From Bacillota bacterium (GTDB lineage: Bacteria > Bacillota > Sulfobacillia > SLMV01), in assembly GCA_046483165.1 (NCBI GenBank), contig JAWODQ010000043.1, positions 1 to 51,885 of the forward strand: a DNA stretch of 51,885 nt. The letters are read 5' to 3'. Shown in pieces: positions 9,591 to 20,973 of the stretch (positions are counted from its first letter, which is position 1; every line of letters begins with the position of its first letter). The notes under the pieces were generated by a model. The model did no database searches. It worked only from the letters and a program-made list of their open reading frames with translations, and had not been told where the DNA came from. Made by a program: the position numbers and the translations under genes.

Positions 9591-10421
9591 GTGGAATCGC
9601 AACTCAGAATACTCCGAGCCTTAAGCGGGAGTACCAGACTCCGGCTCATCCGCCTGCTCCTCGCGGAAGAAATCTGTGTGTGTGAACTCGAGCATATCCT
9701 TCAGATATCGCAACCGGCCATATCCCAGCAGCTGCGGATACTCCGAGACGCGGGACTTTTGACCGCACGGCGCGAAGGTAACTGGATTTTCTATCAGGTC
9801 GAAGGACCGGTACTATTGCGGGCGTGGGAATCGGTGAGGGAGACGCTGTTCTCTCCTCTGGGAAGCGATCCCGATACGGAGGGTGATCGCGCCAGATTGC
9901 AGGAAGTCCTGGCGGAACCCTTCCGCAATTGTCCGGATCGGATCAGCAAGGAGGAGGCTCCCACCGAAACCCGGATTCCCATCGACCTTCACTTCGTGTG
10001 TACCGGCAATTCCTGCCGGAGTCAGATGGCGGAATATTTCGCCCGGGCCTTCGCGGATCCTGCGCGACTCCGGGTCGCGAGTTCGGGGGTAAGTCCCTCG
10101 AGAGTTCACCCCCTCACCATCGAGGTCATGGGGGAGCTGGGCATCGATCTCACCGGGGCGGTCTCCGAAAGCACCGACCCCGAACGGTTGCGGGAAGCGG
10201 ATCTGATCGTGACCTTATGCGGGGATGCCCGCGACCGCTGCCCCACGACGCCACCGTCGGTGAAGCGACGTCACTGGGGTGTCCGCGATGCCGCCGCAGT
10301 TGAAGGTGACGAAGAGGAAAAACTGGCCGCCTTTCGTGAGGTGAGAAACGACATCGCGCGTCGAGTTCGAGACCTACTCGGAGAGCTCGATGCACTGGTG
10401 AGATCTGGCCCATCCGACTAG
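9591..10421 (+). CDS. arsR/arsC: ArsR/SmtB repressor fused to a thioredoxin-type arsenate reductase (LMW-PTP fold)
   Basis: N-half has EICVCEL and an HTH (SQPAISQQLRIL...REGNWIFY). C-half has CTGNSCRS P-loop, TLCGDARDRCP and HWGVRD. Start set at GTG 9591 after GGGAGG. Confidence 0.88.
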   Translation: MESQLRILRALSGSTRLRLIRLLLAEEICVCELEHILQISQPAISQQLRILRDAGLLTARREGNWIFYQVEGPVLLRAWESVRETLFSPLGSDPDTEGDRARLQEVLAEPFRNCPDRISKEEAPTETRIPIDLHFVCTGNSCRSQMAEYFARAFADPARLRVASSGVSPSRVHPLTIEVMGELGIDLTGAVSESTDPERLREADLIVTLCGDARDRCPTTPPSVKRRHWGVRDAAAVEGDEEEKLAAFREVRNDIARRVRDLLGELDALVRSGPSD

Positions 10422-10464
10422 CGGCTCACGTACCATTCCACCCTGCCGCTTCGGCTCTCACTAG

Positions 10465-10473
10465 TGGTATAAT
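10465..10473 (+). promoter_or_regulatory. Extended -10 promoter element for gyrB
   Basis: TGGTATAAT about 105 nt upstream of the gyrB start; no good -35. Confidence 0.6.
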
Positions 10474-10530
10474 TGAAGCAGTGTCCGGATTTCGTTATCC
10501 TGTGACATTCATTTCACATGGCTGAATTAG

Positions 10531-12543
<2,013 letters not shown>

Positions 12544-12673
12544 GGGGAAGCGGACCTCGCTTTGAATTTAGTGATACTTATCGGTTGGGGGGACCGTCGC
12601 CAGGTGCGTTCGGTCCCGCCGATGAATGAAGGACCCCGCTCCGCCAACCGTCGGGTCCCATGGAGGTGTGGAT

Positions 12674-15166
12674 TTGGCAGAGTATACCCACGGAAAAATT
12701 CTTAACGTCGGTCTCACCGACGAGATGAAGCAAAGTTATATCGACTACGCCATGAGCGTCATCGTCAATCGAGCGCTCCCCGACGTTCGGGACGGATTGA
12801 AGCCGGTACATCGCCGCATTCTTTACGCTATGCGGAGCATGGGGTTGGCCCCGGACAAGCCGTATCTCAAGTCTGCCCGCGTCGTGGGTGAGGTCATGGG
12901 TAAATATCACCCCCACGGCGATCAGGCAATTTACGATACCATGGTGCGTCTGGCCCAAGATTTCAACATGCGTTACCCCCTGGTGGACGGGCACGGTAAC
13001 TTCGGATCCGTCGACGGCGACTCGGCCGCGGCAATGCGTTATACGGAGGCCCGACTCACCCCCCTGGCCATGGCAATGATGAAGGACCTGGACAAGGACA
13101 CGGTAGATTTCGGCCAGAACTTCGACGACAGTCTCGAAGAGCCCCTCGCCCTACCGGCCCGTTTCCCCAACCTTTTGGTAAACGGCTCGTCGGGCATCGC
13201 GGTGGGGATGGCGACCAACATTCCGCCCCACAACCTGATCGAGGTGTGTGAGGCGGTCATGGCCATGATCGACGAGCCCTCCATCAGCTCCGAGGAGCTA
13301 ATGAAGCGGCATTTGCCCGGCCCGGATTTCCCCACAGGTGCCACGATAGTCGGCCGCGAGGCGATTCGCGATGCGTACACTACCGGTCGCGGGATCATCA
13401 CGATGCGAGCGGTGGCACAAATCGAGACGCTGCCCGGCCACAAGAGCCGCCTGGTCATAACGGAACTACCCTACCAGGTCAACAAGGCTAAACTGGTCGA
13501 AAAGATCGCCGATCTCGTACGAGACAAGGTGCTCTCCGGCGTCACCGACCTGCGCGACGAGAGTGATCGCGAGGGCATGCGCGTCGTGGTGGAGCTTTCC
13601 AGGAACGGCAACCCGCACGTGGTGTTGAATCAGCTTTACAAGCACACGCCCCTGCAGAGCAGTTTCGGCATAATATTGCTCGCCCTGGTGAACGGTCATC
13701 CCAAGGTAATGAGCCTGAGGGATGCCATTTACTACTACCTGGCGCATCAGCGCGAGATCATCGAACGCCGTACCCGATACCTGCTGGAGAAGGCGGAAGA
13801 TCGGGCCCACATACTCGAGGGTTTGCTCACCGCCCTGGACGAGATCGACCGCGTGATCAGTATCATCCGGGCGAGCCAGACGGTGGATTCGGCGCGCGAA
13901 CGGCTCATGGACACTTTCGGCCTTTCCGAGCGCCAGGCCCAGGCCATCCTGGAGATGCGCCTGCAGCGCCTGACGGGGCTCGAGCGAGATAAGGTGCAGG
14001 GAGAATACGATGGTCTCGTGGAGACCATCGCGGACTACCGCGAGATCCTCGCGGACAGGACCCGCGTGGACCAGATCATACGCGACGAGATGGACGATCT
14101 GGTCGAGCAACACGGGGATCCACGCCGTACCAAGATAATCTCCGGCGAGGGAGACCTGCAGATAGAGGATTTGGTGGCGGAAGAGGATATCGTGATAACC
14201 CTCAGCCACCAGGGCTATATCAAGCGGATGCCGGTCAGCACCTATCGCAAGCAGCGTCGCGGAGGTAAAGGCATCCTCGGCATGGGCACTAAAGAGGACG
14301 ATTTCGTCGAGCAAATGTTCATAACAACCACTCATCGGCACCTGCTGTTCTTCACGAGTAGCGGTAAGGTATACGCCCTGAGGGCGCACGAGATTCCCGA
14401 GGGATCGCGTCGTGCCCGCGGCACACCGGTGATCAACCTCATAACCATCGAACCCGGTGAGCGCGTCACCGCAGTCATATCCGTGCGGGACTTCGAAGAG
14501 GGAGGCTACCTCTTCATGTCCACCAGCGAGGGATACGTAAAGAAATCTTCCCTCGAGGATTTCGCCAATATCCGCCGCAGCGGGCTCATCGCGATTTCCC
14601 TGGGCGAGGAGGACGATCTCATAGGTGTCACCCACACCGGGGGAGAAACCGAGATCCTGCTGGTTACGAGATTTGGTCAGGCGATACGTTTCTCCGAGGA
14701 AGACGTGCGACCCATGGGTCGCACCGCCCGCGGGGTAATCGGCATCAAACTCGACGAGGGCGATCGCGTGGTCGGCATGGAAACGGTGGAGCCGAATACC
14801 GACGTGCTCGTGGTGTCGGAGCGCGGCTTCGGCAAGCGCACTCCCATCGACGAATACAAGGTGCAAAAGCGTGCCGGTAAAGGCCTCAAGACCCTCCGGG
14901 TCACGGAGCGGACGGGATGCCTCGTCGGAGTCAAGATCGTGAAGCCGGGAAATGAGATCATGCTGGTTACGGGACAGGGCGTTATACTCAGAACCTCCGT
15001 CGATTCCATATCAGTCCTCAGCCGTAACACCCAGGGCGTCATCATCAATCGTCCCGGCGAGGAAGACAAGGTGGTGTCCTTGGCCCACATGGTCGTGCGG
15101 GAAAATGGTGAGAAGCGCGAGGAGGCGGAGGCCATATCCGAAGACGAGGAGTCCGACGGGGAGTGA
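12674..15166 (+). CDS. gyrA: DNA gyrase subunit A
   Basis: [24 protein letters not shown] (catalytic Tyr), GyrA-box QRRGGKG and acidic tail. Start set at TTG 12674 after GGAGGTG. Confidence 0.99.
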   Translation: MAEYTHGKILNVGLTDEMKQSYIDYAMSVIVNRALPDVRDGLKPVHRRILYAMRSMGLAPDKPYLKSARVVGEVMGKYHPHGDQAIYDTMVRLAQDFNMRYPLVDGHGNFGSVDGDSAAAMRYTEARLTPLAMAMMKDLDKDTVDFGQNFDDSLEEPLALPARFPNLLVNGSSGIAVGMATNIPPHNLIEVCEAVMAMIDEPSISSEELMKRHLPGPDFPTGATIVGREAIRDAYTTGRGIITMRAVAQIETLPGHKSRLVITELPYQVNKAKLVEKIADLVRDKVLSGVTDLRDESDREGMRVVVELSRNGNPHVVLNQLYKHTPLQSSFGIILLALVNGHPKVMSLRDAIYYYLAHQREIIERRTRYLLEKAEDRAHILEGLLTALDEIDRVISIIRASQTVDSARERLMDTFGLSERQAQAILEMRLQRLTGLERDKVQGEYDGLVETIADYREILADRTRVDQIIRDEMDDLVEQHGDPRRTKIISGEGDLQIEDLVAEEDIVITLSHQGYIKRMPVSTYRKQRRGGKGILGMGTKEDDFVEQMFITTTHRHLLFFTSSGKVYALRAHEIPEGSRRARGTPVINLITIEPGERVTAVISVRDFEEGGYLFMSTSEGYVKKSSLEDFANIRRSGLIAISLGEEDDLIGVTHTGGETEILLVTRFGQAIRFSEEDVRPMGRTARGVIGIKLDEGDRVVGMETVEPNTDVLVVSERGFGKRTPIDEYKVQKRAGKGLKTLRVTERTGCLVGVKIVKPGNEIMLVTGQGVILRTSVDSISVLSRNTQGVIINRPGEEDKVVSLAHMVVRENGEKREEAEAISEDEESDGE

Positions 15167-15178
15167 GGGAGAGATACC

Positions 15179-16198
15179 GTGAGATCGGGTAAGATATCTC
15201 CGCGAATTCTCAAAGGTTTCGTCCTGAGACACCTCGGCGAACGGCGCGACGAGGTAGTGGTGCCGGCCGCTTTCGGTGAGGATGCCAGCGTACTCGATTT
15301 GGGAGGTTCTCCAGTCGTAGTATCGACGGATCCGATTACCGCGGCGCAGGCCGCCGCAGGTCGCCTCGCGGTCATCGTATCCTGCAACGACGTCGCGGCC
15401 GGAGGGGCGGAACCGGTGGGAGTCCTTTTGACCATCATTCTCCCCGCAGATTCGGAGCCCGAGATCCTGCGCAGGATCATGGGGGAGGCCCACGAGGCGG
15501 CGAAGGAGCTCGGGGTGGCCATCATTGGAGGCCACACCGAGGTCGCCCCCTACGTAACCCAGCCAATCTTGAGTACCACGGTCGTAGGTAAGGGGTTACC
15601 CGATCTTCCATACTGGCCCATCACGAGCTCCGCCGCCCGTCCCGGTGATCGACTGCTGCTGACCAAGGTCGCCGGGGTGGAAGGAAGCGCGATTTTGGCC
15701 ACGGACTTTCGCGACATACTGCTGGAGCGGGGAGTATCCGAGGAATCCCTGGCGGAAGCGGAAGCCATGGGGGAATGGATAAGCGTGGTGCCGGAGGCGC
15801 TGGCCGCGGCCCGGACGGGGGCGCGGGCCATGCACGACGTTACCGAGGGAGGAATCGTCGGCGCCACCTACGAAATCGCTGCCGCGTCGGGCAGGGGAGC
15901 CATTCTCTATGAAGATCGCATACCGATCGCCCAGGTTACCAGGGAGTTCTGTGAGGTCCTGGAGCTCGATCCCCTGCGCCTCATATCCAGCGGGGCATTG
16001 CTGATGGCGACGCCCGAGCCCGATGCGGTGATTCGGGCCCTGGAGGCTATCGACGTCCGGGTGACGGATATCGGCAAGATCACCGACGACGAAGAGCTGG
16101 CCTTAGTGCGTGAACTCCCGGGTGGGGGAGAGGTATGGATGGAACTCACTCCCCCGCAGCGGGACGAATTGTGGCGAGCGGTGGAGATGTACCGCTGA
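15179..16198 (+). CDS. AIR synthase (PurM/HypE-like) family protein
   Basis: GEDASV, STDPIT, NDVAAGGAEP, IIGGHTE and MHDVTEGG motifs. Confidence 0.8.
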   Translation: MRSGKISPRILKGFVLRHLGERRDEVVVPAAFGEDASVLDLGGSPVVVSTDPITAAQAAAGRLAVIVSCNDVAAGGAEPVGVLLTIILPADSEPEILRRIMGEAHEAAKELGVAIIGGHTEVAPYVTQPILSTTVVGKGLPDLPYWPITSSAARPGDRLLLTKVAGVEGSAILATDFRDILLERGVSEESLAEAEAMGEWISVVPEALAAARTGARAMHDVTEGGIVGATYEIAAASGRGAILYEDRIPIAQVTREFCEVLELDPLRLISSGALLMATPEPDAVIRALEAIDVRVTDIGKITDDEELALVRELPGGGEVWMELTPPQRDELWRAVEMYR

Positions 16199-16220
16199 AG
16201 CGCGGCACATCTCCCGGGGC

Positions 16221-16844
16221 TCACTCGTGGAGCCGCCGGTAATAGCTTTGTGCGAGGTATACGGCCGCGAGGGGATTGTGCCCGAGTACGCGGTCCTTGG
16301 CGGCCAGCACGGTGGTCGGGGCATCGGCGTACTTGAAAAAGAGACTGTCGTGCCCCACGCAAAGACCCAGGACGACGTTCATATCGGTACCCTTTTCGTT
16401 CATCAACATGGCCTGCCCGATCGGGTTACACATGGCCTCGAAGTCCGCGTCGGGGTCGAAACGAGATTGCGGTGGGATACCCACATCACCCTTATGTACG
16501 CTGCCGCAGGAGCAAACGGCGGAGACCACTTCAAAGTCTTCTTTCAGCAAGAAGTCGGCCACCACTCGGGCCTCCCTTTTTAAACCGCTACAAAAAGCCA
16601 AACCGAGCCTCTTCGCCTCCAGCCGGTGGGCAAACTCGGCGATCTCCTGGAGCCGGGTCCATTCGCAGTACCCGGTCGTCTCGACGGCGGCGGCGGTCCG
16701 AGCGATGACCCGATTCGATTCGCGCTTGTATTCTTCGAGGGCTTCGGTAAGCCAGTGCCCGTCGTTTTGCGGGCATCCCGCGGGTCGCTCCGCTTCATTA
16801 CCACTGCCGCAGGCCAGGGTTTTACACCAGGCGCAAATGCTCAT
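16221..16844 (-). CDS. DUF1847 Cys-rich putative metal-binding protein
   Basis: TRLQEI, GLAFCSGL, MCNPIGQA, GLCVGHD and KDRVLGHNP motifs. Confidence 0.8.
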   Translation of the reverse strand: MSICAWCKTLACGSGNEAERPAGCPQNDGHWLTEALEEYKRESNRVIARTAAAVETTGYCEWTRLQEIAEFAHRLEAKRLGLAFCSGLKREARVVADFLLKEDFEVVSAVCSCGSVHKGDVGIPPQSRFDPDADFEAMCNPIGQAMLMNEKGTDMNVVLGLCVGHDSLFFKYADAPTTVLAAKDRVLGHNPLAAVYLAQSYYRRLHE

Positions 16845-16925
16845 GACAATCACTCTCCCTCTCGCCTACACTCTTTACTCGAATGTTCTCGATATCCTCC
16901 GTCGATTGTGCCCGCGCCGCGCATA

Positions 16926-16954
16926 TTGCGGTCACCGGGCTCGTGGGGTATTAT
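16926..16954 (+). promoter_or_regulatory. sigmaA promoter for the T-box leader / aldolase-mtnA-serS operon
   Basis: TTGCGG-17 nt-TATTAT, about 30 nt before T-box stem I. Confidence 0.65.
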
Positions 16955-16983
16955 GAGTGCACTCGATCGAAGCGATGGATTTC

Positions 16984-17203
16984 CGATGAACGGGCAGTAC
17001 CGCGAAGAGGGCCACAGAGAGTCGGCGACGGTGGGAAGTCGATGCTCCTTGCTCGGTACCATCCACCCGGGAGGCGTTTCACCGAAGCGTGGAACGATGA
17101 CAACTTGAGACTGCCGGAGTGGATCTCTTATCGGGAGATCAACTGGGGTGGCACCGCGGGCATCTACGGCTCGTCCCTGGGGACGGGCCGATCGTCGTTT
17201 TTT
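16984..17203 (+). ncRNA. T-box riboswitch leader, serine specifier (UCC)
   Basis: GA motif (GATGAA...GGAG), AGTA box 16996, AGAGA 17016, GGTGGGA 17030, specifier TCC 17062-17064 followed by A, stem III 17122-17140, T-box AACTGGGGTGGCACCGCG 17141-17158, terminator stem 17167-17190 and T6 at 17198. Confidence 0.88.
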
Positions 17204-17216
17204 GGGGGCGTTAATC

Positions 17217-17822
17217 GTGCGAAATGACACATTACTTGGGGATCTGGTTCGGATGGGCCGCGAGGCTTACCGCTTGCGCCTAACCCCGGGCACCTCGGGC
17301 AATTTGAGTATCCGGTCGAGGCGAGGATTGATCATCTCGGGTTCCGGCGTTTCCCTCGGGTTTGCCGACAGGAAAGATTACGTGGAGGTGGCCGACAATG
17401 ATGTAAGCGGGGAAAGACGGGCATCCAGCGAGCTGCCGATGCACGCGGCCATCTACCGAAAAGTCCCTGAGGCGCGAGCGATACTGCATTTTCACGGCCC
17501 GTGGATCATCCAGATGGGAACCCGCAAGTGCCCGCATCGCTGGGTACCCGAACCCATGCCTCCGGAGTTTTCGCACCTCGCACCCGAAGGATACATCCCC
17601 CGTGTTCCCGACATGGATCCGGGGTCCGAGGAACTGGCGGAGTCGACGGCTGCCGCACTGCTTTGCGGAAGTCGAGGTGCGATATTGTGCGGACACGGCG
17701 GAGTCGCGTGGGGAGACAGCCCTCGGGATGCGTTGCACTGTGCCGAGGCAATGGAGTCGGCTGGCCGTTCCCATTACCTATACAGATTGATGAGCGTCAT
17801 CGAAGGGAGGGATATGCGGTGA
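17217..17822 (+). CDS. Class II aldolase/adducin-family protein (FucA/Ald2/MtnB-like)
   Basis: GTSGNLS, SSELPMH (catalytic Glu), HFH and GHGG metal ligands. Start set at GTG 17217 just after the T-box terminator. Confidence 0.85.
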   Translation: MRNDTLLGDLVRMGREAYRLRLTPGTSGNLSIRSRRGLIISGSGVSLGFADRKDYVEVADNDVSGERRASSELPMHAAIYRKVPEARAILHFHGPWIIQMGTRKCPHRWVPEPMPPEFSHLAPEGYIPRVPDMDPGSEELAESTAAALLCGSRGAILCGHGGVAWGDSPRDALHCAEAMESAGRSHYLYRLMSVIEGRDMR

Positions 17823-18910
17823 TCACACCGCTACGTTGGGAAGACGGCGGGTTGATGCTGCTGGATCAGAGGAAATTGCCCAAAGAAGAAACGTGGATGC
17901 GTTTGGAAACCGTAGAAGAGGCCGCGCGGGCCATAAGGGACATGGTGGTCAGGGGTGCCCCGGCCATCGGCCTGACCGCAGCCTACGCAATGGCCCTGTC
18001 GGTTCCGGAGGGAGCCGGAACGGAGCCGGATTCAGGGGATGAACTTTCCGGGGTCCTGGATCGCGAGACGCAACAGGTCATGAACGATCTTTTCGAGGCA
18101 GCCAGAATACTGGAGGCATCTCGTCCAACCGCGGCCAATCTGTTTTGGGCCACTCGCCGACAGCTGCGCGTCGCCTCGGATGTGGCGGCCGAAGGAGGCG
18201 ATATCCGACGGGGGCTTTTGCGGGAGGCGCTCCGGATGCACGAGGATGACGTAGAGGGTAATCGGCACATGGGCAAATACGGTGCCGCTCTCCTGCACGA
18301 GGGAGATCGGGTATTGACTCACTGCAATGCCGGTGCCCTCGCGACGGGGGGATACGGGACCGCTTTGGGCGTCATCAGAGCCGCTTTTGAGTCGGGCCTC
18401 AACATCGCCGCCTACGCCACCGAAACGCGTCCCTATCTTCAGGGGGCTCGTCTGACTACATGGGAATTGGTTCGCGACGGCATTCCGGTGAGGCTCTTGG
18501 TGGATAGTGCCGCCGGGTTCCTCATGGCACAGGGAGAAATCGATGTGGTGGTCACCGGTGCGGATCGCATAGCTTCAAACGGTGACGTGGCGAACAAGAT
18601 AGGGACCTATCAGCTGGCCCTGGCGGCCAGGGCCAACGACATCCCGTTTTACGTGGCCGCGCCGATATCTACCCTGGATTTCGAGATACCGGATGGCGAG
18701 GGCATAGAAATCGAGGCGCGCGATGGGGAAGAGATCACCCACTATCGAGGTGAACGAGTGGTGCCCGAGATGGTTGAGGCGGTCAACTACGCCTTCGACG
18801 TCACGCCCGCGGATTTGATCACCGCCATTATCACCGAGCGTGGAGTGGTGCGGCCGCCATTCGCTCGAGGATTGTCGCAACTCATCGAAGGAGATGTTCA
18901 TGATGCTTGA
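17819..18910 (+). CDS. mtnA: S-methyl-5-thioribose-1-phosphate isomerase
   Basis: [64 protein letters not shown] overlap with the upstream stop. Confidence 0.95.
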   Translation: MITPLRWEDGGLMLLDQRKLPKEETWMRLETVEEAARAIRDMVVRGAPAIGLTAAYAMALSVPEGAGTEPDSGDELSGVLDRETQQVMNDLFEAARILEASRPTAANLFWATRRQLRVASDVAAEGGDIRRGLLREALRMHEDDVEGNRHMGKYGAALLHEGDRVLTHCNAGALATGGYGTALGVIRAAFESGLNIAAYATETRPYLQGARLTTWELVRDGIPVRLLVDSAAGFLMAQGEIDVVVTGADRIASNGDVANKIGTYQLALAARANDIPFYVAAPISTLDFEIPDGEGIEIEARDGEEITHYRGERVVPEMVEAVNYAFDVTPADLITAIITERGVVRPPFARGLSQLIEGDVHDA

Positions 18911-20189
18911 TATGAGATTCATCCGAGAGCATCCGGACCGTGTCAAAGATGCCATCGTCGCCAAAGGGGAGAGCGATGTCGATATAGACCAGCTGCTCGA
19001 GGTCGATGAGCGATGGCGAACCTATCTCGCGGAACTGGAGAGACTGCGTGCCGTGAGGAACGAGACATCCAAGGAGATCGGCCTTCGCAAGCGTAACGGC
19101 GACGACGCCGAGGAAATGATCGCCCAGATGCGCGAGGTCAATGAGGAAATTGACCTCCTGGAAGAACGCACTCAGATGCTGCAACGACAGATCGATACTG
19201 ATCTCGCCCTCATTCCCAATATCCCCCATCCCGACGTCCCCCGTGGAGACGGGGAAGAAGACAACGTGGAAATAGATCGGTGGGGGAATCCGCGGGAGTT
19301 CGCCTTCGAGCCCCAGGCGCACTGGGATCTCGGAGTTTCCCTGGGGATTTTGGATTTCGAACGGGCCACGCGGATTGCCGGCGCGCGCTTTTCCATTCTT
19401 CGCGGTGCCGGAGCACTCCTGGAACGCGCTCTGATATGTTACATGATGGACCTTCACGTCCGAGAACACGGGTACGAAGAAGTAATACCGCCATATTTGG
19501 TCAATCGGGATAGCATGTTCGGGACGGGTCAGCTACCCAAGTTCGAAGACGATGCCTTCCTGGTAGGCCGCCAGGACTACTTCCTCGTGCCCACCGCCGA
19601 AGTGCCGGTGACTAACATGTATCGAGGGGAGATGCTGTCCGGCGAAGATCTCCCCATGAAGTTTGTGGCCTACAGTGCCTGTTTTCGTGCGGAGGCCGGG
19701 GCCGCCGGCAGGGATACGCGCGGCCTGATACGTCAACATCAGTTTAACAAGGTGGAGTTGGTCCAATACACTTTCCCCGAGAACTCGTACGATACCCTGG
19801 AGGAGATGCGAGGGCAGGCCGAAAAGGTATTGCGACGTCTCGAAATTCCCTACCGCGTCCTGAAGATGTGTACCGGAGACATGGGGTTCGCGCAGTCGAA
19901 GAAATATGATCTAGAATTGTGGATGCCGAGCTACGGGGATTACGTCGAGATCTCCTCGATCAGCAACTTCGAAGATTTCCAGGCTCGCCGTGCGGATCTC
20001 CGCTTCCGCCGGGAGAAGGATTCCCGCCCGGAATTTGTACACACCCTGAACGCGAGCGGTCTGGCCGTGGGTCGTACTACGGCGTCCATAATCGAGAATT
20101 ATCAAAATGAAGATGGCTCCGTCACCGTGCCACAGCCACTGCGTCCATACATGAGAGACCTCGAGGTTATCACACCTTCGAAAAAATAG
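18900..20189 (+). CDS. serS: Serine--tRNA ligase
   Basis: [51 protein letters not shown] and [13 protein letters not shown] motifs. Confidence 0.99.
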   Translation: MMLDMRFIREHPDRVKDAIVAKGESDVDIDQLLEVDERWRTYLAELERLRAVRNETSKEIGLRKRNGDDAEEMIAQMREVNEEIDLLEERTQMLQRQIDTDLALIPNIPHPDVPRGDGEEDNVEIDRWGNPREFAFEPQAHWDLGVSLGILDFERATRIAGARFSILRGAGALLERALICYMMDLHVREHGYEEVIPPYLVNRDSMFGTGQLPKFEDDAFLVGRQDYFLVPTAEVPVTNMYRGEMLSGEDLPMKFVAYSACFRAEAGAAGRDTRGLIRQHQFNKVELVQYTFPENSYDTLEEMRGQAEKVLRRLEIPYRVLKMCTGDMGFAQSKKYDLELWMPSYGDYVEISSISNFEDFQARRADLRFRREKDSRPEFVHTLNASGLAVGRTTASIIENYQNEDGSVTVPQPLRPYMRDLEVITPSKK

Positions 20190-20271
20190 GTTTTCGACGG
20201 ATTAGCGAATTGGTCTGGATACGATGACCGCCCCGAATGTATATTGGTGAATGGGAATGCAAAAGATTTGC

Positions 20272-20362
20272 GGAGGGGTGCCGGAGTCTGGCTGAACGGA
20301 ACGGTCTTGAAAACCGTCGAGGGTTCTGCCCTCCGTGGGTTCGAATCCCACCCCCTCCGCCA
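20272..20362 (+). tRNA. tRNA-Ser(TGA)
   Basis: GGAGGGG/CCCCTCC acceptor stem, ACGGT-CTTGAAA-ACCGT anticodon arm, long variable arm, GGTTCGAATCC, encoded GCCA end. Confidence 0.96.
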
Positions 20363-20387
20363 CCCATCAGGATGCATGGACTTCCAG

Positions 20388-20539
20388 TTGTCCACAGTGA
20401 TATGTACAGGCGTGGCGGGAACTGATGGAGTTATACAGACCCTGAATTGTTGATAAGCAGGGGTGTTATGGGGATAACTAGGGGTGATTGTGGATAACTT
20501 CCCCGGGTATCCCCGGGGTTTTCCACAGGTTGTGAACAA
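20388..20539. repeat. Non-origin DnaA-box cluster
   Basis: TTGTCCACA 20388, TTATACAGA 20431, TGTTGATAA 20448, TGGGGATAA 20469, TGTGGATAA 20489 (perfect), TTTTCCACA 20519 (perfect for TTWTNCACA) and TGTGAACAA 20531. Confidence 0.85.
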
Positions 20540-20570
20540 TGCCTCGTGATTGTTTTTCGTAACGAAAACC

Positions 20571-20599
20571 TTGCACCGCATAGGCGGATATGCTACCAT
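20571..20599 (+). promoter_or_regulatory. sigmaA promoter for tRNA-Ser(GCT)-tRNA-Arg
   Basis: TTGCAC-17 nt-TACCAT with extended TG. Confidence 0.75.
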
Positions 20600-20623
20600 A
20601 CTTAAGCGCCAATAAAGGGATAC

Positions 20624-20716
20624 GGAGGAGTACCCAAGTCAGGCTGAAGGGGCGGGTTTGCTAAACCTGTAGTAGGGTGACAAGCCCTAGCGAGGGTTCG
20701 AATCCCTCCTCCTCCG
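20624..20716 (+). tRNA. tRNA-Ser(GCT), CCA not encoded
   Basis: GGAGGAG/CTCCTCC acceptor stem, CGGGT-TTGCTAA-ACCTG anticodon arm, long variable arm, GAGGGTTCGAATCCCTC, discriminator G. Confidence 0.95.
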
Positions 20717-20728
20717 CACGTTATAGAT

Positions 20729-20802
20729 GCGCCCTTAGCTCAGCGGATCAGAGCGACTGGCTACGGACCAGTAGGCCGGGGGTTCAAATCCTCCAGGGCG
20801 CA
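20729..20802 (+). tRNA. tRNA-Arg(ACG), CCA not encoded
   Basis: GCGCCCT/AGGGCGC acceptor stem, ACTGG-CTACGGA-CCAGT anticodon arm, GGTTCAAATCC. Confidence 0.95.
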
Positions 20803-20811
20803 CAGCAAATT

Positions 20812-20839
20812 GAGGCCCCGTCTTCCGAGATGGGGCCTC
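20812..20839 (+). terminator. Stem-loop after the tRNA pair
   Basis: GAGGCCCCGTCT-TCCG-AGATGGGGCCTC, 12 bp with one G-U pair; no clear U tract. Confidence 0.6.
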
Positions 20840-20973
20840 GAAACGTCTACCCGGTCTCGAGAGCCCGGGGATAGTCTCGGTTGGAACCGATGTTTATGCC
20901 TTCTGTCGGAAGCAGTATTTCCACCCGGGTGGTTGTCGCCATCTCGGATGCTACGGAAGTTGGTGGGCTACTT

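Noticed and set aside
15179-16198. Possible selenophosphate synthetase SelD
   Set aside because: PurM-like fold, but no N-terminal Cys/Sec-x-x-Lys motif.
17120-17160. SAM-I riboswitch upstream of mtnA (CTCTTATC resembles an S-box 5' end)
   Set aside because: The remaining SAM-I core is absent; the segment fits T-box stem III plus the antiterminator.
20272-20362. Long-arm tRNA with TGA as a possible tRNA-Sec or opal suppressor
   Set aside because: Anticodon TGA reads UCA (Ser). tRNA-Sec needs anticodon TCA and an 8-bp acceptor stem.
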